Shown here in pieces: positions 9,001-18,777 of a DNA stretch of 64,000 nucleotides. The translations under genes and the position numbers were made by a program. Each line of letters opens with the position of its first letter. Position 1 is the first letter of the stretch. The DNA is taken from positions 192,001-256,000 of the forward strand of contig CAVSOU010000008.1 of the NCBI GenBank assembly GCA_963729625.1. Direction: 5' to 3'. This DNA comes from an uncultured bacterium (GTDB lineage: Bacteria; Chloroflexota; UBA5177; JANWHV01). Under the pieces are notes generated by a model. The model ran no database searches, was not told the origin of the DNA, and was given only the letters and a program-made list of their open reading frames with translations.

Positions 9001-11783
9001 TCAAGGTGATACTCGCCGCCCTTCGGCGCCGTGAAGGGGAATGACGCCTTGCCATGAGCATCGGTTGTGATGTCGAGCGACTGGACAAGGGTATCCCTGG
9101 GCACGTACTGCTGGCTCGTCGATCCGTCTTTGTTGGCGACAATCACGTTGTGGTAGACGCGGTTGTATATGCCGATATGTATCGGCAGTCCGCCCACGGG
9201 CTTCACGCCGTCGTCGGCAACGCTGACGACGTGGATGCGCTGTGCGATGCCTGGAGCAACTATCTGCTGGTCGGCTTGCAAGCCGATTTGCACGGCGCTG
9301 CTGAATACCGTGATACTCGTCCGGCCGGCGACCGGCTGGTTGTCGATGTCCGTGACGTTTGCCTCGACGGAGTACGTTTGGGCCTGCTGGCCTTTCGGCA
9401 GCTTCGCGGGAAGCCTGAGCAGCACGTTCCCTCCGGCGTCGGTCGTAGCGTCGCCCTGGTAGAGCGTGTAGCTTGCGCCGCACATCAGGCAGATTGGCGT
9501 GCCGAAACCAAGGTCGTCGGCGGCGGGATCGTACGAGCCAAACGCATAGTCGGCGAAGATGCCGGTATAGAACAGATAGCTGTAGCCAAGCACCGACCAG
9601 TGCACTTTCGCGTGCGCTACGGGTCCGCCAAAGTAGTAGTTGACGCTCACGGTCGCGGGAATAGTCTGGCCGAGGCTGTAGGTGGTGGCTGGAGTGTCGA
9701 TGGACACACTGTAGTTCGGCTTCTTGTATTCGGCCACCTGGAATGAGGCGCCGTTTGACTGTGTGCCGATGTTGGTACTGAGGTAGTAGCTGCCGAGTGA
9801 GGCGCCGGAAGCGAGCACGATATCAGCCTGAAATGCGCCGAAGCCATCCAGTTGGGCCGTCCTCCGGGCCACCGTCTTGCCCTGGCCGTCCGTGAGCACG
9901 ATCTGGACGCGGCCGGCAACAAGGCTGTAACGCCCGTCGTCGTCGGCGCGCGCCACGCCACGCACGTGGACGGTCTGGCCGGGGCGATAGATGGGCCGAT
10001 CGGTCGAGACATTCATCCGGATGGCAGGCTGTGACGGCGAGTAGCTGATGCCGAAATCGTAGGGATTGATGCCGTTGCTCCAGGATGGGCCGGCGACGAT
10101 AGCGTCGCCGGCCCTGTCCGCGACGACTTCCAGTCCGCCGTTCAGTTGAAGGCTTGACACCACGCCTCCGAGGTCGAGCATGGCGACACCGTGCGCATCG
10201 GTGGTCCTGGAGCTGAGTACCGTGTAGGTGTTCCACAGTCTGGGCAGGGACTTTCGCAGAGGCACGGGAGAGTTGGCGCCGGTTGCGAGGACGTGAATGG
10301 GCAGATTGGCCACGGGAACACCGCTTGCCAGATCCGTGGCCCACACCAGTACCTGGTCGTGTGAGACCTTCATCGTGATGCCGGTGTGGGTGACGAGCAT
10401 CAGCTGGACGTCGCGGGCATTGCCGGATCCGGTGGCGATGACGAGGTAGCAGCCGGGCTGCAGTGCCCTGTGCCCGGGCAGTAGGGCGAGAGCTTGCACC
10501 GGGACCGACTTGTTGAGCGGTGCGTTCGGCTGCACGGTGAAGCGACTTACAGCCTGGCTGCCGTCCGGCGCGCTCTGGGCTACATCATAGAGGTCGTTGA
10601 GATCGCCGACAAAAGCCTTTTGGTCCAGCTTGTAGACGGCGACGTAGATCGTGCCGGGGTTGATTGCCTGCATGCTGAGAGTGATGGGCCGGCTCGCGTC
10701 ATAGGTGGCCAGGCCACCGGTAACGAAGAAGAGCTGCGGCGGTAGCGGCGCGCTGATGAAGCGGAACTGGAAAGGAACGCCCAGGTTGTCCCCGGCCTGA
10801 GCACGAAGAGCTGCCGGCACGGCTACGGTGTAGGACGTGGAGGGTGCCCACTGACCGTAGATAGAGATTGAGAGCCCATTTTCCCCCAGGCTGATGTATC
10901 GATTGGGGAGGTCGGGACTGATACGTAGCGAGGCGAGGGCCGACTTCTCGTCGACCGGCGCGCTGAAGTCGATTCTCACGCCTTCATTCAGATCCGCGGC
11001 GGTCGCGTTGGGAGCGGGCGTGGTATCGACGACATGGAGGTAGGGAGCCACGACGAAGCTCCAGGCTGTCTGCCGGCGCATGGGAAGTGGTCCTTCGGCG
11101 GACCGCGCGCCGGAATCCAGCTGAGCGGTGTACGCGGCGGTGCGCGTCAACGTCCGCGCGGGTGTGAAGTGTAATGTGTTCCCGGTCCAGAAGAAGTCGC
11201 CGGGAATGTCGTCGCCCTGCGTATCTCGCAGGTGAAACGCGGCCTGCGTGCTGGCACGGTCCATGCGCTGGTTGAAGGTCAGCGAAAGGGTTGGACGCGG
11301 CATGGCGTATTGGTTTCCATCGGAGGGATAGACATTCAGCACGCGCGGCAGGATCGTGGTGAACGTCCACGAGTAGGCCAGCTGGAGGCGCGTGCCGTCG
11401 ATAGCCTTGAGTCCAGCGGCGACGCTGAGCTTGTAGGTCGTAGCGGCATGGAGATTCACGGCATTCCACGAGTAGATCGAGCTTGTTATCCATCTGCCCT
11501 GTCCAGCAAGCGACGGGTCGCTCAGCAGAGGGCTGGGCGCCGGTGTCTCGCCCGTGCCGGTGAGTGGCGCTACCGGGCGGTCGAACGCTACCAGTATCGT
11601 GGTTGCCGTGGCGACCTCGGTTGTCGACGGCGACGGCGAAACAGCGCGCACCGCGAGACCAGGAGAGGCTGCCGCACGGCTGGGCGACACGTGGCTTGGC
11701 GAGAAACCGCCGAGGAGCATGGTAGGAAGCAGCAAGAGCGCGACGAGGCGTCCGGCCGCCGGTTGCCCGTCCAGCGATGGCAT
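6042..11783 (-). CDS. Bacterial alpha-2-macroglobulin family protein with N-terminal Ig-like (Big_5-type) domains
   Basis: TDRPIYRPGQTV, FQVAEYKKP, VRQNFQDTAYW, LPDNITTW, EDPLPAGAE, YFPEVFGR; start set at ATG 11783 after GGGAGG with a signal-like N-terminus. Confidence 0.92.
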   Translation of the reverse strand: MPSLDGQPAAGRLVALLLLPTMLLGGFSPSHVSPSRAAASPGLAVRAVSPSPSTTEVATATTILVAFDRPVAPLTGTGETPAPSPLLSDPSLAGQGRWITSSIYSWNAVNLHAATTYKLSVAAGLKAIDGTRLQLAYSWTFTTILPRVLNVYPSDGNQYAMPRPTLSLTFNQRMDRASTQAAFHLRDTQGDDIPGDFFWTGNTLHFTPARTLTRTAAYTAQLDSGARSAEGPLPMRRQTAWSFVVAPYLHVVDTTPAPNATAADLNEGVRIDFSAPVDEKSALASLRISPDLPNRYISLGENGLSISIYGQWAPSTSYTVAVPAALRAQAGDNLGVPFQFRFISAPLPPQLFFVTGGLATYDASRPITLSMQAINPGTIYVAVYKLDQKAFVGDLNDLYDVAQSAPDGSQAVSRFTVQPNAPLNKSVPVQALALLPGHRALQPGCYLVIATGSGNARDVQLMLVTHTGITMKVSHDQVLVWATDLASGVPVANLPIHVLATGANSPVPLRKSLPRLWNTYTVLSSRTTDAHGVAMLDLGGVVSSLQLNGGLEVVADRAGDAIVAGPSWSNGINPYDFGISYSPSQPAIRMNVSTDRPIYRPGQTVHVRGVARADDDGRYSLVAGRVQIVLTDGQGKTVARRTAQLDGFGAFQADIVLASGASLGSYYLSTNIGTQSNGASFQVAEYKKPNYSVSIDTPATTYSLGQTIPATVSVNYYFGGPVAHAKVHWSVLGYSYLFYTGIFADYAFGSYDPAADDLGFGTPICLMCGASYTLYQGDATTDAGGNVLLRLPAKLPKGQQAQTYSVEANVTDIDNQPVAGRTSITVFSSAVQIGLQADQQIVAPGIAQRIHVVSVADDGVKPVGGLPIHIGIYNRVYHNVIVANKDGSTSQQYVPRDTLVQSLDITTDAHGKASFPFTAPKGGEYHLEALAHDTYGNRAESSVEIYSGGEKPIDWGAQQQGHIRLVADKRTYHSGDVAHILVTTPYANATALITVERGRILSYSVRRLVGTTTILDVPVDSSYLPDTYISVVVERGSTAGGAPPDWRLGYARIHVDTAERTLRISVTPARSRVAPGQTIPITIHAVDRNGKPARAQIGLSLVDEANLALTGDSGSGSDFLDTFYGDRELGVTTSDTLNLSPEQLLTRRVLSSNVEHFATDGAGGQLAAPVPAHAANGAISVPGQAFAAKSAAGSSLVPAASVRQNFQDTAYWNAAVVTDADGNTTISVPLPDNITTWKILGQGITTATLVGAASNSVMATKDLLLRPIAPRFFDLGDKARVGATINNSLNKSITAHLRLLLADAPPGLTPAVAGDRIVKLGAGGELDVTWPITLTALGTATILVEAVDTSHAASNDAVQVAVPVQENSTSESVATSGQAGVNTLEQVRIPSGVEPNEGSLTVTLEPTLASGLRVGADFLASYPYDSSVDLASQILGESELGRLPARASVLTSAERKHLSAGIAGRLTSLYYNQHGDGGFGWWIDDPYTSPYITVYVVDALTTARSLGYDVNQSVLGNAVSYLIANLQSPAATNAGVNYDANLQASIVYTVARAGRFGDIADLAVQLYDVRYLLANYAKAELATVFVPLDNSAAHSRVLGLLADLTSAAKTSGSAVHWEEPGYDWAGLDSDIATSASVVDALATMQPDSPLIPSAVRWLMAARKANAWESSYATAVSLRGLVDYVFASGELNADYHYTVRLNGSLWGSGAVDSANLSRNRTLTEPLGAAAPAGSTQTIAFSRDVRPNNGTLNYVIRLQYYRPVDRIKPASAGVSVTRAYLTADGRSAANGSTIRVQIRVNAPQDLFYVTLEDPLPAGAEAVDSSLQTTSQLARINSTSRIPAGTGDLSWYVTHTDLRDNRTVLFLSYLPAGSYQYTYLIHCTTQGVYHTLPVYVQQEYFPEVFGRGNGSYFTVR

Positions 11784-11975
11784 ATACCCGACCTCCCTTA
11801 TGGCATGGCGACCGCCGGCTGCATGTGCATTGCCAGGCGTACGCATTGCATCGATCAGGAAAACGCGGCGGCGGCGGCGAACGTAACAGGACCGGTGCTG
11901 ACTCGAACTGAATGGAGCAGACTGCAGCAGACCCCGACCCCAACTCCTGGCGATGCATAGCGGACAATGCAGTAG

Positions 11976-12005
11976 TTGATATGTGACTATAAGGTCACAT
12001 ATGAT
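11976..12005 (+). promoter_or_regulatory. Promoter with overlapping palindromic operator; probably leaderless mRNA
   Basis: TTGATA-N18-TATGAT ends 6 nt before ATG 12012; inverted repeat ATATGTGAC-tataag-GTCACATAT at 11979-12002. Confidence 0.65.
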
Positions 12006-12011
12006 CGAGAC

Positions 12012-12785
12012 ATGGATGCGGTGTTCAAAGCGCTCGCCGATCCGACGCGCCGGAGCCTCCTCGACGCCCTCTTCCAGGCGGATGGCCAGACACTCAGCGC
12101 CCTGGAAGCACGCGTGGCGATGTCCCGCTTCGGCGTGATGAAGCACCTGCGGGTGCTGGAGGCGGCTGGCCTGGTGGTGACCAAGCGACGCGGGCGGGAG
12201 AAGCTGCACTACCTGAACCCCGTGCCTATTCGGCTCATCCACGACCGGTGGGTGAGCAAGTACGCGGAGCCCTGGGTGGAAACGCTCACCGAGCTCAAGA
12301 TGAGACTGGAGGAGACGGTGGAAAAAGTGTACGAGATCTATATCAAGACCACCCCAGAGCGCCTGTGGGAGGTGATTACCACGACGGACCTGCGGGCCAG
12401 GTATAACTTCGGCGCGCGCGTCACCTCGGCATGGACGCCCGGCGCACGGATTGAGACCAGCGCGCCCGGCCGTCCTGGTTTGCTCGGCGAAGGAGAAACG
12501 CTGGAGGCCGATCCGCCGCGCCGGCTGGTCCACACGATGGTGGCGCTCTGGAGTGACGAGGTGAAGAGCGAGGGAACCTCCCGTGTCACCTGGGAGATCG
12601 AACCCATTGGGGATTCCTGTCGCCTGACCGTCACCCATGACCAGCTGCGCGAGGGTGCGAACGAGCAGCTCTATGGGGGCTGGATGATGATCTTGTCTGG
12701 GCTGAAGACCCTGCTCGAAACCGGCGAGTCGCTGACGACGCCAGGATCGCTGATGTACGGTAGCGGCCCCGCGATTGCGGGGTGA
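12012..12785 (+). CDS. ArsR family regulator fused to SRPBCC/AHA1 domain
   Basis: VFKALADPTRRSLLD..SRFGVMKHLRVLEAAGLV, then VYEIYIKTTPERLWE..SRVTWEIEP..GWMMILSGLKTLLETG. Confidence 0.9.
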   Translation: MDAVFKALADPTRRSLLDALFQADGQTLSALEARVAMSRFGVMKHLRVLEAAGLVVTKRRGREKLHYLNPVPIRLIHDRWVSKYAEPWVETLTELKMRLEETVEKVYEIYIKTTPERLWEVITTTDLRARYNFGARVTSAWTPGARIETSAPGRPGLLGEGETLEADPPRRLVHTMVALWSDEVKSEGTSRVTWEIEPIGDSCRLTVTHDQLREGANEQLYGGWMMILSGLKTLLETGESLTTPGSLMYGSGPAIAG

Positions 12786-12933
12786 GTCGCCGCGAGTTCC
12801 GTCCCGTTCGCCAGAATTCGTGCCCGACTACGTATGGTATACTTGACTGCCGATGACGCGCTCCGCCGTGCGAAGCGCGCCCGTGTCTACGTCTGCATCA
12901 TGCGCCCGAAGGTTGCATTGGAGGAGCACGTAC

Positions 12934-13245
12934 TTGGTTAGGATTCGTCTGCGCCGCATGGGCGCCAAGGGCCAGCCTTCTTATCGTGTCGTGGTAGCTG
13001 ATTCACGATCCCCGCGTGACGGCCGTTTCATCGAGATTATTGGCCACTACAATCCCCGCGTCGAGCCTTCGGAGATCGTTATCGACAAGGAAAAGGCGCT
13101 GGCGTGGATTGCCAAGGGCGCCAAACCGAGCGAGAGCGTTTTGAGCCTTCTCACTCGCAGTGGCATCGTGGAGCGACCGGCGGCGACGGCCGCGGCCGTG
13201 GAAGCAGCGCCTGCCGAAGCTCCGGCCGTGAAGGGCAAGAAGTAG
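12934..13245 (+). CDS. rpsP: 30S ribosomal protein S16
   Basis: [40 protein letters not shown]; TTG start after GGAGGA. Confidence 0.97.
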   Translation: MVRIRLRRMGAKGQPSYRVVVADSRSPRDGRFIEIIGHYNPRVEPSEIVIDKEKALAWIAKGAKPSESVLSLLTRSGIVERPAATAAAVEAAPAEAPAVKGKK

Positions 13246-13289
13246 TAGCGGGCGGCCCAAGATGGCGCCGGTATCGAGGAGGTTGTCCA

Positions 13290-13517
13290 GTGCGAGATCT
13301 TATTGAGTACGTCGCGCGATCGCTCGTGACGCAACCCGACCAGGTACAGGTCACCGAAATTGACGACAACGGCGTGATGGTGTACCGATTGCAGGTTGCC
13401 CCCGAGGACATGGGCAAAGTCATTGGTCGCCAGGGCCGGATCGCCACCGCAATTCGCTCGCTACTGAAGGTAGCATCGGTCCGCCAGGGTCAGCGGGCCG
13501 TGCTGGAGATTCTCTAA
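13290..13517 (+). CDS. khpA: KH domain RNA-binding protein KhpA
   Basis: DMGKVIGRQGRIATAIR; conserved position between rpsP and rimM. Confidence 0.93.
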   Translation: MRDLIEYVARSLVTQPDQVQVTEIDDNGVMVYRLQVAPEDMGKVIGRQGRIATAIRSLLKVASVRQGQRAVLEIL

Positions 13518-13522
13518 CAGCA

Positions 13523-14044
13523 GTGAATGATCCAGGCGAATCTCCCGTCGAAGACTGGGTTGTCGTCGGCATCATTTCGGGAGCCTTTGGGGTGCACGGC
13601 GAGGTAAAGGTTGACCTCTACACGGACTTCCCAGATCGCTTCGCCAAGCAGCGCACAGTCTTCGTGGGCGACGACCACCGGCCCGTGACAGTGCTCGCGG
13701 CAAGGCCCATTGGAGAACGCGTGGCGCTCAGGCTGAATGGCGTGGCGGATCGCAACGCCGCGCAAGCGCTGTTCGACACGCCGATCTACGTGCGAAACTC
13801 GGACCTCATGCCGCTACCCGAGGGCCACTACTACCAGCATGAGATTATGGGGCTCGAGGCGTATACGACCGAGGGTCTATATCTCGGCGCCATCGTCGAG
13901 ATCCTCGGGACCGGCAGCAACGACGTCTACGTCGCACGCAACGGCACGGCAGAGGTGCTCATTCCGGCGCTCAAGGACATCGTTCGCAGCATAGATCTCG
14001 AGACCAAGAGGTTGGTGGTGGAACCTATCGAGGGACTGCTCTAG
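13523..14044 (+). CDS. rimM: Ribosome maturation factor RimM
   Basis: VGIISGAFGVHGEVKV..TDFPDRF..GSNDVYV..LIPAL; synteny. Confidence 0.96.
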   Translation: MNDPGESPVEDWVVVGIISGAFGVHGEVKVDLYTDFPDRFAKQRTVFVGDDHRPVTVLAARPIGERVALRLNGVADRNAAQALFDTPIYVRNSDLMPLPEGHYYQHEIMGLEAYTTEGLYLGAIVEILGTGSNDVYVARNGTAEVLIPALKDIVRSIDLETKRLVVEPIEGLL

Positions 14045-14060
14045 CCCCGGGTTGTGAGTT

Positions 14061-14870
14061 ATGCGCTTCGCCGTATTCACGCTCTTCCCCGAGATGTTTA
14101 CCGGACCGTTCAGCCAGAGCATCATCGCTCGCGCGGTAGCGCGCGGTCTCGTACAGATTGATCTGCTGAATTTTCGCGACATGGCCCTCGACCGGCATCA
14201 CACGGTCGACGACTATCCCTACGGTGGCGGCGCCGGCATGGTGCTGCAGCCCGGCCCGCTGTTCGCGGCGGTCGCAGCGTCCGGTCTGCCCGCGGGAGCG
14301 CCTATCGTATTGCTCACCCCGCAGGGGCGCACGTTTAGCCAGGCCGTCGCCCAAAGGCTGGCAGCGGAACAGGCAGTGGGATTGATTTGCGGCCACTACG
14401 AAGGCGTGGACGAGCGCGTGCGCGAACACCTGGCCACGGAGGAAATTTCACTGGGAGATTTTGTCCTCAGCGGCGGCGAGATCGCTGCCATGGCCGTGGT
14501 GGACGCCGTGACCCGACTGCTACCCGATGTCATCGATCAGCAGTCGACCGTTGAGGAATCACATCAGTCGGGTCTGCTCGAGTACCCACAGTACACGCGT
14601 CCGCCAGTCTTCCAGGGCTGGCCGGTTCCCGACATACTGCTGTCAGGCAATCACGGCGCGATCGCTCGCTGGCGACGCGAGCAGGCCCTGCGCCGGACGT
14701 GGGAGCGGCGCCCGGACCTGCTTGACTCGGTCGAGCTCAGTGCCAAGGAGCGCGTACTCGTGGCCTCATGGCAACCGGTCGACGCTGACAGACCGATGTC
14801 CGGCGAAGACGCGGCTGCGGGGCTAGAGAGTGCCGAAATCCCTCCAGCAGAGGGACTATCGGCCCTATAG
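14061..14870 (+). CDS. trmD: tRNA (guanine37-N1)-methyltransferase
   Basis: VDDYPYGGGAGMV, ICGHYEGVDER, SLGDFVLSGGE, LLEYPQYTRP, LLSGNH. Confidence 0.98.
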   Translation: MRFAVFTLFPEMFTGPFSQSIIARAVARGLVQIDLLNFRDMALDRHHTVDDYPYGGGAGMVLQPGPLFAAVAASGLPAGAPIVLLTPQGRTFSQAVAQRLAAEQAVGLICGHYEGVDERVREHLATEEISLGDFVLSGGEIAAMAVVDAVTRLLPDVIDQQSTVEESHQSGLLEYPQYTRPPVFQGWPVPDILLSGNHGAIARWRREQALRRTWERRPDLLDSVELSAKERVLVASWQPVDADRPMSGEDAAAGLESAEIPPAEGLSAL

Positions 14871-14881
14871 ATACGTGCCTA

Positions 14882-14965
14882 TTATCCACGCACCTGTGGA
14901 TAACTTGGCCATATTCTGGGGATAACTCACAATATACACAACAAAAGTGTGGATATTCTGGATAA
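14882..14965. promoter_or_regulatory. Cluster of six DnaA-box-like 9-mers
   Basis: TTATCCACG 14882, TGTGGATAA 14895, TGGGGATAA 14917, ATATACACA 14932, TGTGGATAT 14948, TCTGGATAA 14957, in a locally AT-rich patch. Confidence 0.8.
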
Positions 14966-15221
14966 CCGCGCCTACCGAGCTCGCTGCACGAAAGCCATCG
15001 CGCCATACGTGTGTATTGGCCGCAAAGAGCGCGCTGGAGCGAACCGGACCAAGCTACTCCTTAGCCGCTCCTTCTTCGAGGCCCGACAACGCGGAGGCGG
15101 CGGTGGACGGCAATCGAGAAGCCCCGGAGCTCGACCACGGGGTATGCTGCCGGAACGCTCGGCGCCCAGTCCCAGCATATGACAGCAACGACTCAATCTC
15201 CATCAAGGGCAGGACGGAGCC

Positions 15222-16232
<1,011 letters not shown>

Positions 16233-17198
16233 TCAGCTCAAGGCAATCGCCTCGGTCTGCCAGTATTCCAGTGTGTCAAGCACGGACTGCGTCGTCGAAA
16301 CCTCGGGTCTCCATCCCGTGGCGGCCTGCAGTGCCGCATAACTTCCAACCGACGCAGGCCGGTCTATCGGGCGGGTCAGCGCGGGATCCAGCTCAACGCG
16401 CACCTTGACCGCGCAGGCGTGGATCAGCGTGTCGAGCACATCGCCGATGCGCACCGCGTTGCCGGAGCACACGTTGTAGGGCGCGCCCGGTTCACCGAAT
16501 TCCAGCATCAGGCGATAACCACGAACGACGTCGCGCACGTCGGTGAAATCGCGAGCAGCGTTGAGATTGCCGACTCTGAGGACCGGAGGTAGCTCACCGC
16601 GCTCGATTGCCGCGATCTGCGCCGCGAAGTCGGGCAGCACAAAGCCGCGCCGCTGCCGCGGGCCGATATGGTTGAACGGCCGCGCGCACACGACATATGT
16701 ACCGTAGGAGTAGACATGCTGCCTTGCAAGCGTCTCACACGCGACTTTGCTTACCCCGTAGGGATCGACCGGGCGCAGCGGCTGGGTCTCCGCTATGGGA
16801 AAATCCGCCGGATCGACGATGCCATACTCCTCGCTGCTGCCAATGGTGAGCACGCGAGCCTCACGGGCTTCCAGGCGTACAGCATCGAGCACGCGCAGCG
16901 TCATGACGAGGTTGTCCGTAAGGGTCGCCGCTGGGTCAGCCCACGCGGCGGCGACCGAAGCCTGCGCGGCGAGGTGGTACACGCGGTCCGGCTTCACGTC
17001 CGCCACCACGCGTCTCACGGCTGCCGCGTCACGCAGGTCTGCCACGTGGGGCCTGAAACCGGGCCGCCTGGGGAGGTGCATCTCGGCGTCGACACAGGTG
17101 CCGTGCACCTCCCAACCGTCGGCCACGCACTGGTCGGTAAGGTGGCTGCCGGCAAACCCCATGGCCCCCGTGATCAATACGCGCACTCGACAACTCAC
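16233..17198 (-). CDS. rmd: GDP-4-keto-6-deoxy-D-mannose reductase-like SDR
   Basis: GAMGFAG, HLAAQASV, GSSEEYG, YGVSK, RPFNHIGPRQ, GNLNAARDFTDVRDVV; paired with gmd. Confidence 0.8.
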   Translation of the reverse strand: MSCRVRVLITGAMGFAGSHLTDQCVADGWEVHGTCVDAEMHLPRRPGFRPHVADLRDAAAVRRVVADVKPDRVYHLAAQASVAAAWADPAATLTDNLVMTLRVLDAVRLEAREARVLTIGSSEEYGIVDPADFPIAETQPLRPVDPYGVSKVACETLARQHVYSYGTYVVCARPFNHIGPRQRRGFVLPDFAAQIAAIERGELPPVLRVGNLNAARDFTDVRDVVRGYRLMLEFGEPGAPYNVCSGNAVRIGDVLDTLIHACAVKVRVELDPALTRPIDRPASVGSYAALQAATGWRPEVSTTQSVLDTLEYWQTEAIALS

Positions 17199-17346
17199 CA
17201 GACACTAGAAGCTCACGGTCCTGCCAGGTCGCCGATGCCGATCCAAGCGGACAACGCCGGCTCGTGACGACAACATGCGACATCCACAGCGTATGGCTCG
17301 CGCAGGGCTCCGCGCCGACGGCCAAATACTACCACATCCAGGTCGC

Positions 17347-17534
17347 GGCGCGCCGGAAACATTGCCGCTAAACTTAAACCACGGCGGGGCCAACAGGCGG
17401 TGCGCGGTAGCCTCGTGCACGCTCAAGCGGGTTGCATGGCGACCCGCGCCTGAAGGCGCATGGCAGGGCGACCCACCGGGGTATGGAGATCCCGCCTTGG
17501 TCCAGGTGTAGGGGGACGGCGCTCTCGGTGCACG
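17347..17534 (-). ncRNA. Candidate 6S-like structured RNA (about 190-nt rod hairpin with central bulge)
   Basis: Manual pairing: gcaccgagagcg/tgtttccggcgc, acctggacca/tggtttaagt, ggcggga/ccccgcc, a bulge, then an inner stem closing on cgggt/acccg; G-U pairs favour the minus strand; intergenic. Confidence 0.45.
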
Positions 17535-17832
17535 TGCCAGTGCCCGGGCTCTCCAGGCGCCACGGACACCACCCCGCAGCTGTGTTGTCTAATTTATGTA
17601 GAAGTTTGCGATTTGAGCCCACAGGATATAGACAAAACCTATACAGGTGTTGTACAGTAGGTACTGGAGCCAGCGCCGCGATCAAGCCATCCGATTCAGA
17701 TGGTTACGCGTAGTAACCAGAAGAAGGTCTGGGGGCACACGCCACGGAGCGCGAGTACTTTGTGCAGACCTGATTCTGATAGGGCGGTGGCGCTGGATGT
17801 AGTTACCGTCATACAAGAATAAGAGGTCTGTT

Positions 17833-18708
17833 GTGAGCACTCCCGCTTTGGATACGTCGAAGAACACGGGCTACGCCGAGGACGGTACGCTACTGTACCT
17901 GCGCGAGATTAGCCGTACTCCTCGATTGACTCCGCAGCAAGAGCTGGAACTGGGCGAGCGCATCGCCTCCGGAGACGAAGAGGCGCTGCAGATCATGGTT
18001 GAATCCAACCTACGCCTGGTCGTAAGCGTGGCGAAGAGGTATCGCAACGAGGGTCTCTCGTTGCTGGACCTCGTGCAGGAGGGCAACATTGGGCTCATCC
18101 GCGCCGCGAGCAAGTTCGACTACAGGCGCGGCCACCGGTTCTCGACCTATGCCATATGGTGGATCCGTCAGGCAGTGACACGTGCGATTGCCAATCAGGG
18201 CCAGACGATCCGGGTCCCGGTCCACATCACCGAAGGAATCTCACGGCTCAACCGGACCATGCGCCTGGTCGAGCAGGAAGAGAGCGAGTCGCCGGATAGC
18301 CACGAGAGCGAGCCGGTAGCACTGGCCGCCAACCTCCCCTCCAGCAAGGTCGTGGAGATGGTGAAAATGGTGGCGCAGCCCCTCTCGCTTGAGCGCACGG
18401 TGGGCGAAGACAATGACGCGTCCCTCGCGGAGGCGGTCGAGGATGTTGACGCCATCTCACCGGCCGCGGCGGCGGAGAACAGCATGCTTCGCGATCGGCT
18501 CGTGATGTTGGTAGGCTCGCTACCGGAACGCGAAAGGAAGGTCATCGATCTCCGCTACGGTCTCTCCGACGGGCGACCGCGTACGCTCAAGGAAGTGAGC
18601 GGCGCGTTCGGCCTGACCCGTGAGCGTATCAGGCAGCTGGAGACGGCGGCGCTCTGCCATCTGCGCGAGGTTGGCGAACAGGGCGGATTGCGCGAATATC
18701 TGAACTAG
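17833..18708 (+). CDS. RNA polymerase sigma-70 family factor (RpoD/SigA-like, no region 1.1)
   Basis: [65 protein letters not shown]. Confidence 0.95.
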   Translation: MSTPALDTSKNTGYAEDGTLLYLREISRTPRLTPQQELELGERIASGDEEALQIMVESNLRLVVSVAKRYRNEGLSLLDLVQEGNIGLIRAASKFDYRRGHRFSTYAIWWIRQAVTRAIANQGQTIRVPVHITEGISRLNRTMRLVEQEESESPDSHESEPVALAANLPSSKVVEMVKMVAQPLSLERTVGEDNDASLAEAVEDVDAISPAAAAENSMLRDRLVMLVGSLPERERKVIDLRYGLSDGRPRTLKEVSGAFGLTRERIRQLETAALCHLREVGEQGGLREYLN

Positions 18709-18777
18709 GCGCCTGCATGCGCCAACGTACAGACTACCTGAGCGGCCGTGGATCGCAGGATCTGCGGCCGCTCATCG

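Noticed and set aside
11784-12638. N-terminal 285 aa of the 2198-aa ORF
   Set aside because: It is the antisense shadow of the ArsR-SRPBCC gene. The A2M has its own RBS and signal-like start at 11783.
17347-17590. SRP RNA or c-di-GMP riboswitch
   Set aside because: No SRP domain IV motif (CAGG..GNRA..AGCAG) or GEMM motif was seen on either strand.
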